DNA of 64,000 nt. Source: Camelus ferus (lineage: Eukaryota). The stretch spans positions 3,164,001-3,228,000 of the forward strand of contig NC_045697.1 in the NCBI RefSeq assembly GCF_009834535.1, in the 5' to 3' direction. The notes under the pieces are model-generated. The model saw only the letters and a list, made by a program, of their open reading frames with translations. It searched no databases and was not told the origin of the DNA. Positions 25,453-39,948 of the stretch are shown here, piece by piece. The position numbers and the translations under genes are program-made. How positions within the stretch are numbered: position 1 is the first letter of the stretch; every line of letters begins with the position of its first letter.

Positions 25453-26461
25453 AATGGGGGTGTTGGGGAGATGTAGATGCTGGCGGGGGCAGGGGTGTGA
25501 GTGGGGGTGGGGGGAGGTGCGGGGACGACGCAGGGAGAGGTCTGGCCGCCAAGTGGAAGGGTCAGCTTTGCACAGCACAGGAGGAGACTCCGGACAATTC
25601 TCTCTCACCCTCTCTCCACGCTGCCTGTGACCGAGAACCTTAGCGCCGCGCACGTTCCCCCTCCTCACACCCGCCTTGGCACAGCCTCAGTGTCCTTCCC
25701 GACATCACCGCAGAGCATCCTGACTGGTCCCTGTCTGTCCCCCAGCTCCAGCCCGTTCTCCACGCTGTTGCCGAGGTTACCTCTTCAGTCACCTTAGCCT
25801 CTTGCCCAAAACCCTTCCTTGACTTCTTTATCATGATTTACAGTTCCACCTAAGCTCCCTGTCTTTCTTCTCCCACCTTGGTAAATAATTCTTTGCAAGG
25901 AAATTAAAATGCAAGCCTGACTTTAGAGCACAGATGTAATCCAGGTCCCAGGGAGTGAGCAGCGGGAGTTCTGTCCTGTGTCAGGTCCGCCCTCCCGGCC
26001 GCTCCTGCCTCCGTGCCGCCATTCCCTCAGCCGCTGTCCCCCCTGCCTCTGCCCTTCAGTCCTCACCTAGGTGTTCACTCCTCGATACATTATGAAGAGC
26101 GAATGTATCTCAGGTGTGCCGGGGCTTGAGAGGAGGGCGGAGAGGAGTCAGACACTGGCTCGAGGAGCTTGTGATCCAGCAGGGCTGAGGTTAACAGTGT
26201 CGCTGACAGTCGCTCTAACGTGCCAGCCATCCTTCTGAGGGCTCAGCAAGGATGATGTAAGTTGGTCTGATGGTTCCCTGTCTGCAAGTCTGTTGCTTGC
26301 CCCCTGCCAGGTACTTTAAGTGCTGGGACAGTCCCATCCAACAAGGAGGTCTCCCTTCCCACAGCGGACTCAGCCTGATGTGGGGCAAACAGAAGTGACA
26401 ACACAGTGGGGTGTATTTTGTGTTGGGTAATGTGGAAGCAGAGAAGAGGGGCATGTCCCCT

Positions 26462-26805
26462 CGTGTCTTACCCCGGCTGCCATAACAAAGCACCATGGAC
26501 TGGATTACAAGACAACAGACGTTTATTTTCTCACAGTTCTAGAGGCTGGAAGTCCAAGAGCAGCACCCCGGTGCAGTCAGGTTGTGGTGAGGGCGCTCTT
26601 CCTGGCTTACAGACGGCCGCCTTCTCCCTGTGTCCTCACATCGCGGGGACAGCGCAAGACCTCCTCCTCTTCTTCTAAGGCTGCCAGTCCTGCTGGGTGG
26701 GTTAGGACCCGCTCCCGTAGCCTCATTTCACCATAATTACCTCCTCAAAGTCCTGTCTCCAAATACAGTCCCATGGGGGTAGAGCCTCAACACATGAATT
26801 TGGTG
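26462..26805 (-). mobile_element. MaLR solo LTR, MLT1A/B-like
   Basis: ggctgccataacaaagcacca..tttattttctcacagttctagaggctggaagtccaag..tctccaaatacagtc. Confidence 0.85.
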
Positions 26806-27477
26806 TGTAGGCATCAGCTCTGGTGATTCGGGGGGGCTTGGTGGAGGAGGTGCCCTAAGTTAAATCCTGAAATGTGAGGACACACATCCGGGCAGAGGCA
26901 GGAGACTGAGTGGGATGAGCAGGCAGCCTGCGTGAGAGCAGCGTGTGCAAAGCCCCAGGGTAAGAGGGAACGGGATCCAGACGACAGATAACCTAGTATT
27001 GAAGATTATTAGTACGACGCACTGCTGAGTGACGGGGCAGGTCTAAGTGTCTGAAAGTCCAAGGATGACCTGAAGGAGGGGTGGCCTTGGGTTGGATCTT
27101 GACCCTTAGGAAGGGTCTGTGCGTGTGGTGATGCCAGCAGGGAGGGGGGCTTGCAGACTTGAACAAACTTTGTGGGTGGGTGTTTCCTTTGGTGAAACTC
27201 GCTGCAGAGTGGGGGTCACACCGCCCAGCAAGACCTTGGCGAGGATTTAACAACATGGGGTCTGCAGGGTACCAGGCCCATGTCCAGTGGTCCAGGAGTG
27301 GTTTCTGTAAATACAGATTTCTTAGTCACTTCAGCTTAAAACTTTTCATTGAATTTCCACTGTCCAAGTCTCAGTTATTTCCCCTGCTCTTGCTAATCAG
27401 CGTTTCCTGGTCCCCTCCTCATTCGCTCCTGTAATAGCGTGAGTCTGTGGGTTGTCTTCAGGATAAGGGTGATGTAA

Positions 27478-27963
<486 letters not shown>

Positions 27964-30174
27964 TAAAGCAACCAGCGGGCAAAACCACCCCCACCTCGGC
28001 CAGCGTCTGCGGTTCATGTCAGTGGAAATGCACGCTGCTCTAGCTTGCCAGAAGTTACAGGATGGATTCTGTCATCTGTAGTGAGTCAGTGAATTCCTCC
28101 AAGCCAGGTCATCGAAGTGGGCCGGGCAGGCCTGGCGGGGTGTGGGGGAGAGTGCCGGGGAAAGAAAATTCTTTTGGAAAGCTAAAGGCCAACTGTTCTT
28201 TTTTTTTTTTTTTTTTCTTTTTTCTTTTTTTGTAACTCTGAGAGGCCGAATAGAAAGGTAGAGTAAGGAACAGGGGAGCAGGGGCAGGAGGCAGACCCTC
28301 TGCTGCAGGCACGCTTCCTCCAGGGACCCTAGTAAGGAAGCAGGAGCCTTTGAGGATGACGGGCCCGCTGTCCCTCGTCCTCTCCTGCCCCTCGCAGCTT
28401 TAGAAACCATGGTTGACTATTGGAATCATGGATTTCAGAGTGTGTGTTTGTTTTTCCTTCAAATTAACCCTGGGGGAAAAATCACTCAAAATTGTATCAT
28501 TCAACAGCACACGAGAACGTGTGATTCTGCATCTCACTTTTAAGTGAAGCAGGTAACCCTTTTTCTTTTAACTTTCTTTTGTGAATTATGGGAATCTTAT
28601 TTTACTAGACTCTTAGAACATTGTATTTTTTTAAATTAATGGCTTTGTTTTAAAAAAAGTTGTGTTTGTTTTTCCATGAGAGTACATGTTTTTTTCCACA
28701 TGTGTGGCCTGAATTTCTCCCAAATTTAGAATATGCCAAAAATGATGATGCCATGGGGGAATTTTAAACTAAAGAATGAAAAAAAGATGAAAAAGATTAA
28801 TATAGTCCTTATTTACAATCTGACATAATGGCTGCAAGATGTTCGTATGTTATATAAATGTTTTAAAAATACACAGTTGACTCTCGATCAAAAGAGAAGT
28901 TTTAAAACGCGCTGCGGGGAGCCCGTGGCATCCGCAAGGTCGGTGGTCGGTTGGCAGTGTTGTGTCCCCGCCTTGGCCCCAGCGCCTCTCTCTCCTCTCC
29001 TGTCTCTTCCTTCCCTCCCTCATCCTCTTCTGTTTCTTCCACCTCCTACCAGGTTTCCCATCTCCAAAACCAGGGTGATAATACCCACCACTCAGGGTAG
29101 TTGTAAATATTTAGGAAGAGATGAATGGAAAGCCGTGTGAAAGCACTGTCTTTGATGACACGCAGACTCAAAGTTTTCTTATGAAGCTTTCTGTTGTTCA
29201 AAAATGACCTATGATCCAATTGTCCAGATGACCCCTGCTGATGGTGAAAAAGAAATTAACAGTAATAAAAGCAAGTACTTTCGAAGTTTAAACAGAACAG
29301 AAAGCTATAAATGGAAAAGAAAAGCCAGTATCTTCCCCTAAATGTTCCCAGCCCATCTTCCCACAGGCGCCACCATCACCAGCGTTTTTTATTTACTTCC
29401 AGAACCTGTTCCTTTCTGCACCCAGGTGGCTCTGTGGTGCACACTGTCATGTTCCCCTTTAGGCGGAAGCATGTGTTCCCTCACTTGCAGGGAGGGCTGC
29501 TGGCAGACAGCTGGCCAAGTTCATGTTCCCTTCCCAGGGCGTCTGCATCCCAAGCGATCCCTAGGTGTGACTGTCCCCCTCACGGGACAAGCCTGATGAT
29601 GCGTTCCAGCTCCAGAGCTGCCGCGGGATCAGGGCCTTGTATTTGGACTACATTTTAGCTTCGCTTCGCCCTCTGCCCTGTCCTGCTTCCTTCCCCTCCT
29701 CCTACAGGTGTAGCTCTCTAAGGGCACACCTCACTAAATACCCTGTGCGCCACTCTGTTTTAGCATCATCTTCCCTGGGAATCCAACCTGTAGACATCTC
29801 CAGAGTCTCGTTTATCACATCACTGACAACACATACATCTTGAGGCATTTAAAGAAAAAAAGAGCTACAAAGTTTCCTTTCTAATTCCTTCCACAGTACT
29901 GTTAGTATAGTATCCTTCTCACCTTTTTTTTTTTTAATGCACTTACTGAGAATGTGAAAAATCTGGTAAATGGTAAACATTCATAGCAGTCTGAGGCTAG
30001 TTGGTTTTGGTGTATTTTTTTCTTCCTTTTGGACAGGGCCACTGTCAGTTGGACTTTTTTAAAAAGTGGATTGTCTCCTGGCCTGTGCCATTTGGGAGCC
30101 AAGGTTCTGGAACTGTAAATAGGAGGGACTCTCAACATCTTTCTGAAAATCGGTTTCTATTTATTCTTTTATCA

Positions 30175-30550
30175 GTAAGTGGACTGGGGTCCAGGATGCA
30201 GACTCTGCACTTAGTTTGGGGCTGGAGTCCTGGCTCCACACTGTTCGGTTTGCCTGACTTTGGGCAAGTCACTTAACCAACTGGACCTCATTCTCCTAAG
30301 CTGCAAAATGGACAGCTGTGATGATTAAATAAGATGTATGAAATGCCTTGTGTAGTGCTGACACTCAGTCCTTGGCAGCAGCTGTCATTGTTATTAACTA
30401 CTTTAATGTAGTTCAGTAAAATAATAATAAAAACAGCAATGACTCCTTTCACAAATGAAGAAGCAGGCTCAGAAAGCTTAACCAACTTCCAGGAACCCGG
30501 ATTAAATTAGCGACAGAGCTAGGACCCAGGTACCTGAGCTCTGAGACCGT
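30175..30550. mobile_element. Two MIR fragments in opposite orientation (about 30175-30400 plus; 30440-30550 minus)
   Basis: tgactttgggcaagtcacttaacc; then tttcacaaatgaagaagcaggctcagaaag. Confidence 0.65.
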
Positions 30551-31240
30551 GTATGTCCATTACGAGGTGTGCGTTTGGGACCCAGTAATACAACAAATCC
30601 AAAGCGGGCACAGGGAACCTCTGGGCAGAGATCTGGTTCGAGGTTTGACAGGTCTAGTTTAAGGGAGAATTGATGGGAACTCAGGCTCCGTCTCGCCACA
30701 GTGCTGAGAGCTCTAGAGCGAATGTCAGCGATGCAAACGGAGCAGCGTGGACCCTCTACTCAGCTGGAAACTTTTGCAGACGTTTAGTATATTATATGTT
30801 GCTATTTATACTCTTCATAAAATCGTTTGTCTGCCTTTCAGAAAGAGAACAGAGATGAGACGGGTGGATACCAAGGGGCATAGACTGTGGAACAAATTTC
30901 CCACGGTACCGTCTGCCACGTTCGGGCCGGCTGTGCCGTTTCAGCAGATCTAACGTATTACGTTCATGTCACTTGACGAGGAAGCTCCACTGGAACAGGA
31001 GGACTGTCAGAGCAGGGACTTTGTTCCCACGGAGTCACTCAGACGTTGCTGAATTAACCAGCAGCAGAGGGGTTTGCGCTTACGTGGAGGGGAGGTGGCG
31101 TATGGAGCGAGGCTGTGTGTGTGATGCCTGTGAGTCTGCAGATCTGTCTTCCAGGCTCTGAGCATCTCCACTCTTCATTCATTCAGGTGCCTCGTCAGTA
31201 CCCCTGTTTTTGTTGTGCTTGGGTTTTTCAGTGTCGATAA

Positions 31241-31471
<231 letters not shown>

Positions 31472-31629
31472 TGAGCCATTTGAATTCCCAAACCTCCTTC
31501 TGAGATCTGTTTTTATTTTAATGTGTATTTTTTTTCAAGTGTAGGCAAACATGGATTAACCTGAATAGTTGTGTGTTTGACAGTGGAATATTCTGATTAC
31601 TTTGACATTAATCACTTTAAATTTTGTCT

Positions 31630-33380
31630 TTAAAAGACCATCTGCCTCCTGTTTGCAAGCTGCTTCTAGAACTTTCTCTGCCACTTTGATTTTTCTGGCT
31701 TCACTTCATCGTGTCTGGATGTAGATTCTTTTTTATTTATTCTGCTTGGGATTCCCGGGGCTTTTAAAATCTGTGGATTGGTCTTTTCATAAGTTTTGGG
31801 GAAAAATTCCAGCCAGTTCCCTTAAAACATAACTTTGCCCCATTCCCTTCACCCTAACTACCTTTAAATATATGTTGGACTTTTTCACTGTATCCTGCTT
31901 TTATCTTTGTACTTTACTATCCTCCCCCACCCCCGCCTTTAGTCTGGTTAATTTTTTCTTGTTACTTTCTAGCTGACTATTTCTCTCTTCAGCTGTGTCT
32001 GGTCTGTTGTTAAGTTTATTCCTGTTCACTGGGTTCTTAATTTTGGCTATGGTTGTTTTCAGTTCTGGAACTTCTAGTTATGTCTTTTAGGGATGTTTGT
32101 TTGGGTTTTCTCCCCATAGCAAGCACATCACAGGCATGGTTGTTCTGAGAGTGTCTTTGGTGGAGTTTGGACCTGGTTCTGTTACTTAGTGTGCTTTTCC
32201 TCATTCAGTGTCATTTTGTCGTCTCGTGTGCCGGGTTATATGATGATCTTGCTGGTCATTATATTTGGGAAAAATTATTGTAATAATTCTTAATAACAGC
32301 TCTATTGAAGTATAATGCACGTGCCATACAGTTCACCCTATTAAAGTCTGACTCAGTGGTTTTTCGTGTATTCACATAATTGTACAACTATCACCATAAT
32401 CTAGTTCCAGAACATTTTCACCAACCCAAAGAAGAAACGCTGTGCGCCCTAGGCTAACGGTCACTGCCCCGCCCCGCCCCTACCCCAGCCCCAAACAACC
32501 ACTCATCTGCTTTCTGTTCCTATAGATTTGCCTGTTCTCGGCATTTTGTATAAACGCACTCATACAAGGTGTATCCTTATGTGACTGTCTTCTTTTACTT
32601 AGCATAATGTTTTCAAGGTCCATCCATGTTGTATGTAATATGTAATAGTGTGTCATTACTTTTTATTGCTTTTTGTGTCGTATCTAAGAAACCATTGTTT
32701 AATCCAAGGCCCTAAAGATTTATATTTTCTCCTAATAGTTTTATATGTTAGCTCTTAAATTTAATCTGAGGTCCATTTTCATTTAATCTTTGCATATAGT
32801 GTGAGGTAAGGGTCCAATTTCATTCTTTTTCTTGGGGGTATTCAGTTGTCCGTATAGAAGTCATTTGATTCTTAGCACTGTGCTTTTCTCTCTGAGAGCC
32901 ACGTGCTTGAGGGGCATTAGGTCTCCAAAATCGGTTTAATTTCAGAGCCCGAGATTTTAAGAGCCATCCAAGTATCTTGAAGTCAGCCTGCAATCTATCA
33001 AGGGCAGACTTATATTTATTTCAATCTTATTCCAAGACGCATTTCTTGGGGGGAGGGGTCTCAATCCTAAGTATGGGAGTTTGGCCAGGGACCTCGTTCT
33101 TGGTATGCCCTGGACTCCAGCTTTTGGCTCCTGCTCCCCCAGAGCTGGCAGAGTGCTGCCTAGCCTCTCAGCTGCCCCCTCTGGGTGGGGCAGGCAAGGA
33201 AGTCCCAGCTGCTAGGCTCCCTCCAGATTGCCACCTGCTTCTGGATGGCAGCTCGGTGTCTCCGCAGTGCGATAGCTCTTTCATGCTCTTGTGAAGACGC
33301 TACGTGTATTTCAAATTGCTCCCCTAACTGCCTTTATCAGGAAGGTTGGTCCAAACCTTCTCTCCCATCATTGCCTGCTA
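31630..33380 (-). mobile_element. Composite old L1 region (L1M 5'/ORF1-like remnant with an L1MB/MC 3' piece at about 32290-32850)
   Basis: T-rich; taacagctctattgaagtataatg..ttctgttcctatagatttgcctgttct..tttgcatatagtgtgaggtaagggtccaatttcattc. Confidence 0.65.
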
Positions 33381-35710
33381 GTACTTGCTTTGAAAAAAGG
33401 GTAAGGAGGGGTGGGAAAGCCTGCTGAGACATTTAATGACAACGACTCTTAAACTGTGCCGGCGTCCGTTAAATCTTGAGCTCCACTTCCCTCTCCTCCC
33501 CCAGGAGAGCGTAAGGGTCAGACTCTGTGATGACCACAGAGATTGCTTCTGTTGGGACAGAACACACAGATGGGGCTTTTCTCATGTCTGTAATGTGGGA
33601 GACTGAGCAGCGCACTGATGTTTTTTAATGGGAGCCCTGCAGTCAGGAGTCTCTGCTGCTGCTCACTTAGCCTTCCAGAGCTGGACACTTAAGAGGCTAC
33701 GCGTCACCCACCACCGTTACCAAAGTGCTTTGCCGCCATTTGGTATCTCTTAATCCCCAGAGCAGCTGCCTGGGAAGGGTGTTCCTATCAGCCCCTTCAT
33801 TTCACAGGTGAGACGCCGAGCCCCGGGTGGGCGGGTTGGCACAGGGGCCAACAGTGATGGGGCCGGGAGTGGACCTCAGGGTTTCCTGGCTTCACATTTC
33901 ATTTTCATTCTGCTGGGCCACCTGACGATTTGCCACTTTCTCTCTTTGTTCCTTACTTCTAGGATCTCAGAACCTTCCCTTCGGCAAGGAGGGAAAGAAT
34001 GCGGAAATGAGCAAGGAGCCTTACTGTGGTCCCTTTTTCTTCACCTGCTCCCACCTTAGTTACCTGTGTCTGGCCTTCTGTGTTTGTGTGTTTACCTGGT
34101 CCCTAGTGGAGCGCTAAGGAAGGACACTCTGAAAGCTAAGCTTTCTTTTTTTCCTCTCTTCTCACAGTTTGTTCAGTATTTCATGCGCACTAAAGAATAG
34201 CTCCCTTCTTAATGATACTGGCCTACCATGAAGTCATCTGGGTGTCACTGGATTTTACTATTTCATTAGGAAATGGCACCGAGCCAGCAGTGCAGCCCGC
34301 AAGTAGACAATTAAAGACAAAAGTTTTTCAAGATGCTGGGTGCTGATGGAGTGAAATAATCTTACATCTTATTTCAGCAGATGTGAGGTACTCACAGATC
34401 AGAGGCACTTAGCTAAGTATAGAATGATGACTCTGTTTGTCAATGGCAGCTTCATTGCAAGACTTTTTTTTTTAGAATTTGCTGATATTTCTTTAAAAAG
34501 AAGTAAATAATTCATGGTAAGTCATCTTTCATGAAAGGGTTTAGATTGATTAATTACTTCATTTAACATCTATGCTCTACTCCCATTGCATATTATTGCA
34601 CGAGAACCAAAGAAGTCTTGATTAGAAATCAAAGTCAGATGGCAAAACTGGTTTCAGTTTCAATTATAGAATTTTAATTTTTTAAAACCGGCAGAGACTA
34701 GAGATGTTTTAGTTTCATCCAGACACTGTTGTTAGATTGGCAGCCTTCTCAGAATCACCTGAAATCTAACAGATTCCTGGTGATTAGATTCATTCTGGAC
34801 CTAAGAACTTTTTTTTTTTAACTTTATATCTTTTATGCTTTTTAAGATCTAAAATACCACAGATATAATTGAAACGTGCCTCCCCTATTAATTCTCTCTC
34901 CCTCTTCAAAGGTAACTTTTATCCTGAATTTGGTCATATCAACAGCTAGCCTGTGGCTCCAACTTTGTTCTATTTTTTTTAGATGTTTTAAAACTTTGAA
35001 ATCATAGTCTTATGTGTAATAAGTCAATGCTGTCATCATGGTTTTTTATCTCACCTTGTAAAGGCCACATCTTTGTGACTGAAGTAGATTTTTTTTTCTT
35101 AAATTAAAGAACTACGATCATGAAAGGAACAACCCTTATTTATCTTGATGGTAGCAATGTTAGAGGGACAGAAGATTGAGTGAAGGGTCTGGAAATCTGG
35201 AGTATATTCTGGGAATGCCTTTAACTCGCGATATTTTGGGCCACCAAACACTCCCATTTATCTATCAAGTGGAAATAACACTAATCAGAATGATCAAAAA
35301 GCTGGAATGAAAAAGCCATACAAATGCACTCTTAGAACTGTAACAAACTGTTGACATGTGTGATTTATTACTATCACCTCTTAGGATTCCTTCTGTGAAA
35401 ACTGTCAACTCTCTGACATGAATTGTTTTATAAGACGAATGCCAAGTCTTTTACTAACATAAACTCCTATTATCCCGTGTTGTCTTAAACTTATTATCCA
35501 GGCTTTCAGTATTTTGAAACATGGCCTCAGTGTAACAATGAAAGACCTTTTAAGCAAGTCACACACACACCCCGTGTCAGGTGCGAGAAGCGTGGGGACC
35601 TTGGCCAGGACATGACCAGACAGACACTCCTTCAAGGATTTCTGCCAGATTTGTTTCTCCCCTCTCGGCCTGCAACTTCCATTACCAGCAGCTCTTGCCA
35701 AAGTTAACTC

Positions 35711-35752
35711 TGTGTGTGTGTGTGAGTGAGTGTGTGTGAGTGTGTGTGTGAG
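35711..35752. repeat. Imperfect (TG)n microsatellite
   Basis: tgtgtgtgtgtgtgagtgagtgtgtgtgag... Confidence 0.9.
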
Positions 35753-36696
35753 CGTGCACAGATGCTGAACACATGAACCATCTTGTCGGGGTCAGTCAGA
35801 AGACAAGAGCCAATATTCCCAGAAACCGAGTGGTCAGGTTTCCTTAAAAAATGTGCAGAGATTGTGTTTCTGGAGATGAGGGCTCAAGTTAAAAGCAAAC
35901 AAAAATACCACAGAACATATAACAATTTGTTTTTTGAAGGATTTGTGATTCTGAATTTGGCTCTAGTTCTCTTAAAGACCTAGAGAACTTCTCACAGAAT
36001 GTGGCTCTTTGAAAAGAAACATTAATATAAAAACCTTATTTGCAGCTATTTAAAAAATTGAGTGATAAACCCTTTATTTACTATTTCTGGATTAACTCTG
36101 CAGGGGCAATACAGCAATAAACAGAGATCAGAGTAGACAGTTTCATGAAGATAACTGAAATAACCCAGCCATTTGATAAAACCCGTGGAAAGAAAGACTG
36201 GCTCCTGCTCGCTGACCTTTTCCACGGTGCCCTTCTCTGTCCCTGTTATTAAATAGGCTCGTGATGTCCGAGTGCCACGAGTAACCCCACCTGGCCCAGG
36301 TACGCCGGCTCTCCGCTGGGCTTACTGAATGTCCGCCCCAGTCTAAGCTGTGGGAGACACTGGTCTCTCCACGAGGAATGTAAGCTTCAGCAGGGAAAAC
36401 TCATAGGGAGGAGATGGCGTAATGGGTCCTGTACAGCTTTGTAAGCATCCAGATATTTGGGTTTTCATCAGGAAAGGCTTCTCAGAAAATGTGACCACAT
36501 TAGGGAGCTAGCTTTGATGGCTCGGTAACCTCGTCTGGCTTCAGAACTTCAGAGACTCCTCAGGTCCCCCAAAGCTTTGTTGGCTGGCAAAACAGGACCT
36601 GATGTGGACAGCGGAGAGCAGGGGGGACTGTCCCGTGACCGGGGGAGTCAGCGAGGCCAGGCGTGTTGGTGCTGCAGGCACGGCTTTAATTGGATG

Positions 36697-36710
36697 CTCT
36701 TTTTCTTTTC

Positions 36711-36756
<46 letters not shown>

Positions 36757-36879
36757 TTCCTTCCTTCCTTCCTTCCTTCCTTCCTTCCTTCCTTCCTTCC
36801 TTCCTTCCTTTCTTCCTTCCTTCCTTTCTTTCTTCCTTTCTTTCTTCCTTTCTTTCTTCCTTTCTTTCTTTTCTTTTTT
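36697..36879. repeat. Compound (CTTT)n(CCTT)n microsatellite, 183-nt pure pyrimidine tract
   Basis: Directly visible; no purine between 36697 and 36879. Confidence 0.97.
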
Positions 36880-38649
36880 AAAAAGTCCCCCCTCCCTGAG
36901 GACTTCAGCGGAGGACTGGGGAAACTTTGTCACGAGGTTTTACTTACCTTACCTGATGGCCTAGTCTCTTTCCTTCTGTTTTTTACTCACACCTTTTTTC
37001 ATCATAGGAAATTTGAGTCCAATTTACCTCTTCATTTCCTCCTCCTTTTTTCTTTAATCAAACTATTTTTTAGCGGCTGTTATGTGCTAGGCCTTGGGAA
37101 AAGCGGCATAAGGGAGGCGGGGCCCCTTCCGTGAGAACGAGCCCGGCTCAGCGGAAGCAGCAGGCCTGGGCGCACAGGGCACCCGTGGCCCGGGCTGGGC
37201 CGCGGCGCGTGGCTGTCAGCGGCACGTGGGTGGGCAGCCGCGCTGTGTCCCGCGGGGGACGGTCAGAGGGGCTCCCTGGTCACGCGGGGCCTGGGCCGAT
37301 CCAGAAGGAAGAGAGGGCGCACACCTCCTCCGGGAGACACTTGAGGTCTGTCTAGAGCAGTCCCACCAAAGGGCTTTGTAGATCCCGCCCCTCCTTGGGG
37401 AAGAAAAAGAAAGAGGAGAAAGAAAAAAGAGACTTTGTCAAGAGACAGGTTCCTGGAGGTCTTGTTTCACAGGGGTCGGCCTTTTAGTGGAAATGACCTC
37501 GTGAGCATCGGGTGTGTGTACAGTTGAAACACGGTTTCGTGTGTGTAAGGCTCTAGTCCCAAGAAGGGAGCTCACGTGCTCCCAGTGTCCATCCTGGTCC
37601 TGGAGACGAGCGGGGCCGGGCACACACGTCTGATTCGTCATTTAGTTTTCGAGGTGGGGCGCTGCCCTGTGCTCATTCAGGAAGGATGGGGGAGTGGGGC
37701 TCAGAGCCCAGGCACTCGCTGCGTGTACAGAGCAGGTGGCAGAACTGGGGTTTCAAGCCCAGCTTCTTTCTGCTGCAAAAGTCCGGGAGTTTCCCATCGC
37801 ACTGTCCGCTTTCCCCAGAGAAAAGAGAAAGTCTAGTCTTCAGATCCAATAAAAGCGTGCCTTGTCAACTGAAGGTTTAACAAACATCGGGAAGGTGAGG
37901 GCGTAAAGATGCGCTACAGAAAAAGCGGCCGAGAGACCCACGTGAAACAGAGAAACTGAGGGAAGCGAACCTTTTCCGCTCAGAGACGTCCGGGAGGCTC
38001 AGGGCACTGGGTCGGCGTCACCTCTAGTTCTGTTTCCGCACCTCACAGTAGACAAGGAGGAAACCACTGCAGGAGGCTCTCTGGGCCTCTTCTTTTCTCA
38101 TCTCCTGTTTGAGTCTCTATTGAGGACATCACTCTGATTTTTTATAGAACAACTGAGCAGCAGAGTGGCTGATAACACGACCCCAGTCTCCTGTCAGTTC
38201 CTGGCTCTGATCCCAACCCCAGAGCAAGCCAAGGAACTCTGGATGTGTCTGTTGAGATCTTATTGCAAAATTACTACACAGAAGATATCTGGGACTTTGG
38301 CATTTCTTTCTTACTTTTTTTTTTTTTTCTTTTTGGCTCAGAAGGCACTTGAGTTGAACTCAGACTGCAGCTTAGTTCCAAAAAGAATAGAAGACCTTTT
38401 GAAAGATTTTGAAAGACAGACTTGTCTGTCTCGTTTGCCATATGTCTCCAGTGATCAGGATCACACTTAGCTCTCTGCGAGTCCTCAGGAAGGCCAGGAG
38501 GGACAGCGGGGGACCACAGGGGTGGCTGTGAACGCCAGGAGCACCACACGATGCTGCTCGCATCTCCGGGTCCGGGCCACAGTCACTTTCTGAGCTCTCG
38601 ACATAAACCACAAGGTTGCTGGCAGTGATGATGTCAGTGACAGCAGCCT

Positions 38650-39710
38650 CTGTGTTTTGAACGTACATGTGCTGGATGCTGGCTTAGGGTAACATTTTTC
38701 TCTTAACTTAGTCATGAATAGCAAGGTGGGTCATCTTGATACGCCTTCCTCTGTTTCTAAGGAAGCTGAGATCACAGAGGCTGTGACGTTCAGGGAGCAG
38801 TGATGTTCTTGCCTCCCAGTCACTGGGAGCATAGGCTTGGTCAGACTCCGCAGCCTTCTCAGACTCCCACTGCCGAATGCACTGGCCTTTCTGCATCCTC
38901 CCTGCCTTCTCCAGATCCCCGTCCACCCTCCTGTCTCTGAAAAGCCCTTCCTTTGCTCCTCCCCTCCCTATGTGTCCTCTCCAGTCATGCCCCCTCCTCC
39001 CTCACAGAGACCCTCCTCTGGGGCTCATCTGCTGGGCGCTCCCCCGGCTCTCTCCCTCCTCCTCCCTGCCCCTGGGAGGCAGCTCCTGGTTGGCTTGCAG
39101 CCTCCCTGTCCACTGCAGTTCAGACTCTCACCCGCCTCTCTCCTTAGGCTCTACCCCATGTATTGACCGGCTCTCAGTCTTTCTCTGGGATCTCTGTCCT
39201 GCTTTGTCTTACCCTCCTCTGCTGACTTATCCCATCCACGGCTCTGGGCATCAGCCCCTTGACAGTGGATCCCTCGCCCCTGCCGGCCTCTCCTGCTCCA
39301 TCTCTGGCCACGTGGCACCCTGGGTTTCCTGCAGTCTCTTCACATCTGCCACAGGGCCTTTGCACCTCATTCCCTCTGCCTGGAGCCCTTGCCACCAGTT
39401 CTTCACTCAGCTGCAGCCTTCTGACGATTTAGCTCAGCTCACAGCTTACATATCATCACAGAAGGGCCTCTCTTGGTCTCAATCAGCCCCTCTTTTTGTT
39501 AAAGACCACCTTCTATTCTTTGTAGTGCTTCTGTCTTACATTGCCTTCATCTTTGGGTGATGCTCTTTGTTTACGGTGGTCTCTGAATTTTGCTGGAATG
39601 GGAGCTCCACGGGGGCAGGACTCTCACGTACGTTGTTCTCATCTGTGTCCCAGCACCCATGTCAGTACCAGAAGTGGAGGGACATTTGGTGAATGATGAG
39701 TGAGTGAACA
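38650..39710 (+). mobile_element. Degraded L2 remnant(s)
   Basis: gccacagggcctttgcac..ttccctctgcctgga; gggagctccacgggggcagg..tgtcccagcacc..tttggtgaatgatgagtgagtgaa. Confidence 0.55.
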
Positions 39711-39852
39711 GATGAGTGCCTGGCGTCCCAGAACTTCAGTCCAGATGACTTTGATCCCTCGATGTTCCTCCCACACCTCATGCCTCTGCTCTGACCCCTT
39801 ATGTAAACATCTCTGCACTGGATGTACTCAGAAATGTCTGCCCTCACTACAG

Positions 39853-39948
39853 GTGATCAGGGAGGTCTACAGTGGCTGTAGTGGGCCAGTGGATCCGGAA
39901 TGTCCTCCCACCTCGAGCTCCCCGGTGCACAAGGCAGAACTGGAGAAG
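39853..39948 (+). CDS. AFAP1: AFAP1 exon 7: VIREVYSGCSGPVDPECPPTSSSPVHKAELEK
   Basis: cactacag|GTG...AAG|gtaagg; 96 nt. Confidence 0.95.

Noticed and set aside
36541..37134. ORFs with KKER/KEGR or FLPS repeats
   Set aside because: Translations of the (CTTT)/(CCTT) microsatellite, not genes.
38877..39560. 227-aa Pro/Leu/Ser-rich ORF
   Set aside because: Pyrimidine-rich L2-like intronic sequence, low stop frequency from composition; no recognisable domain.
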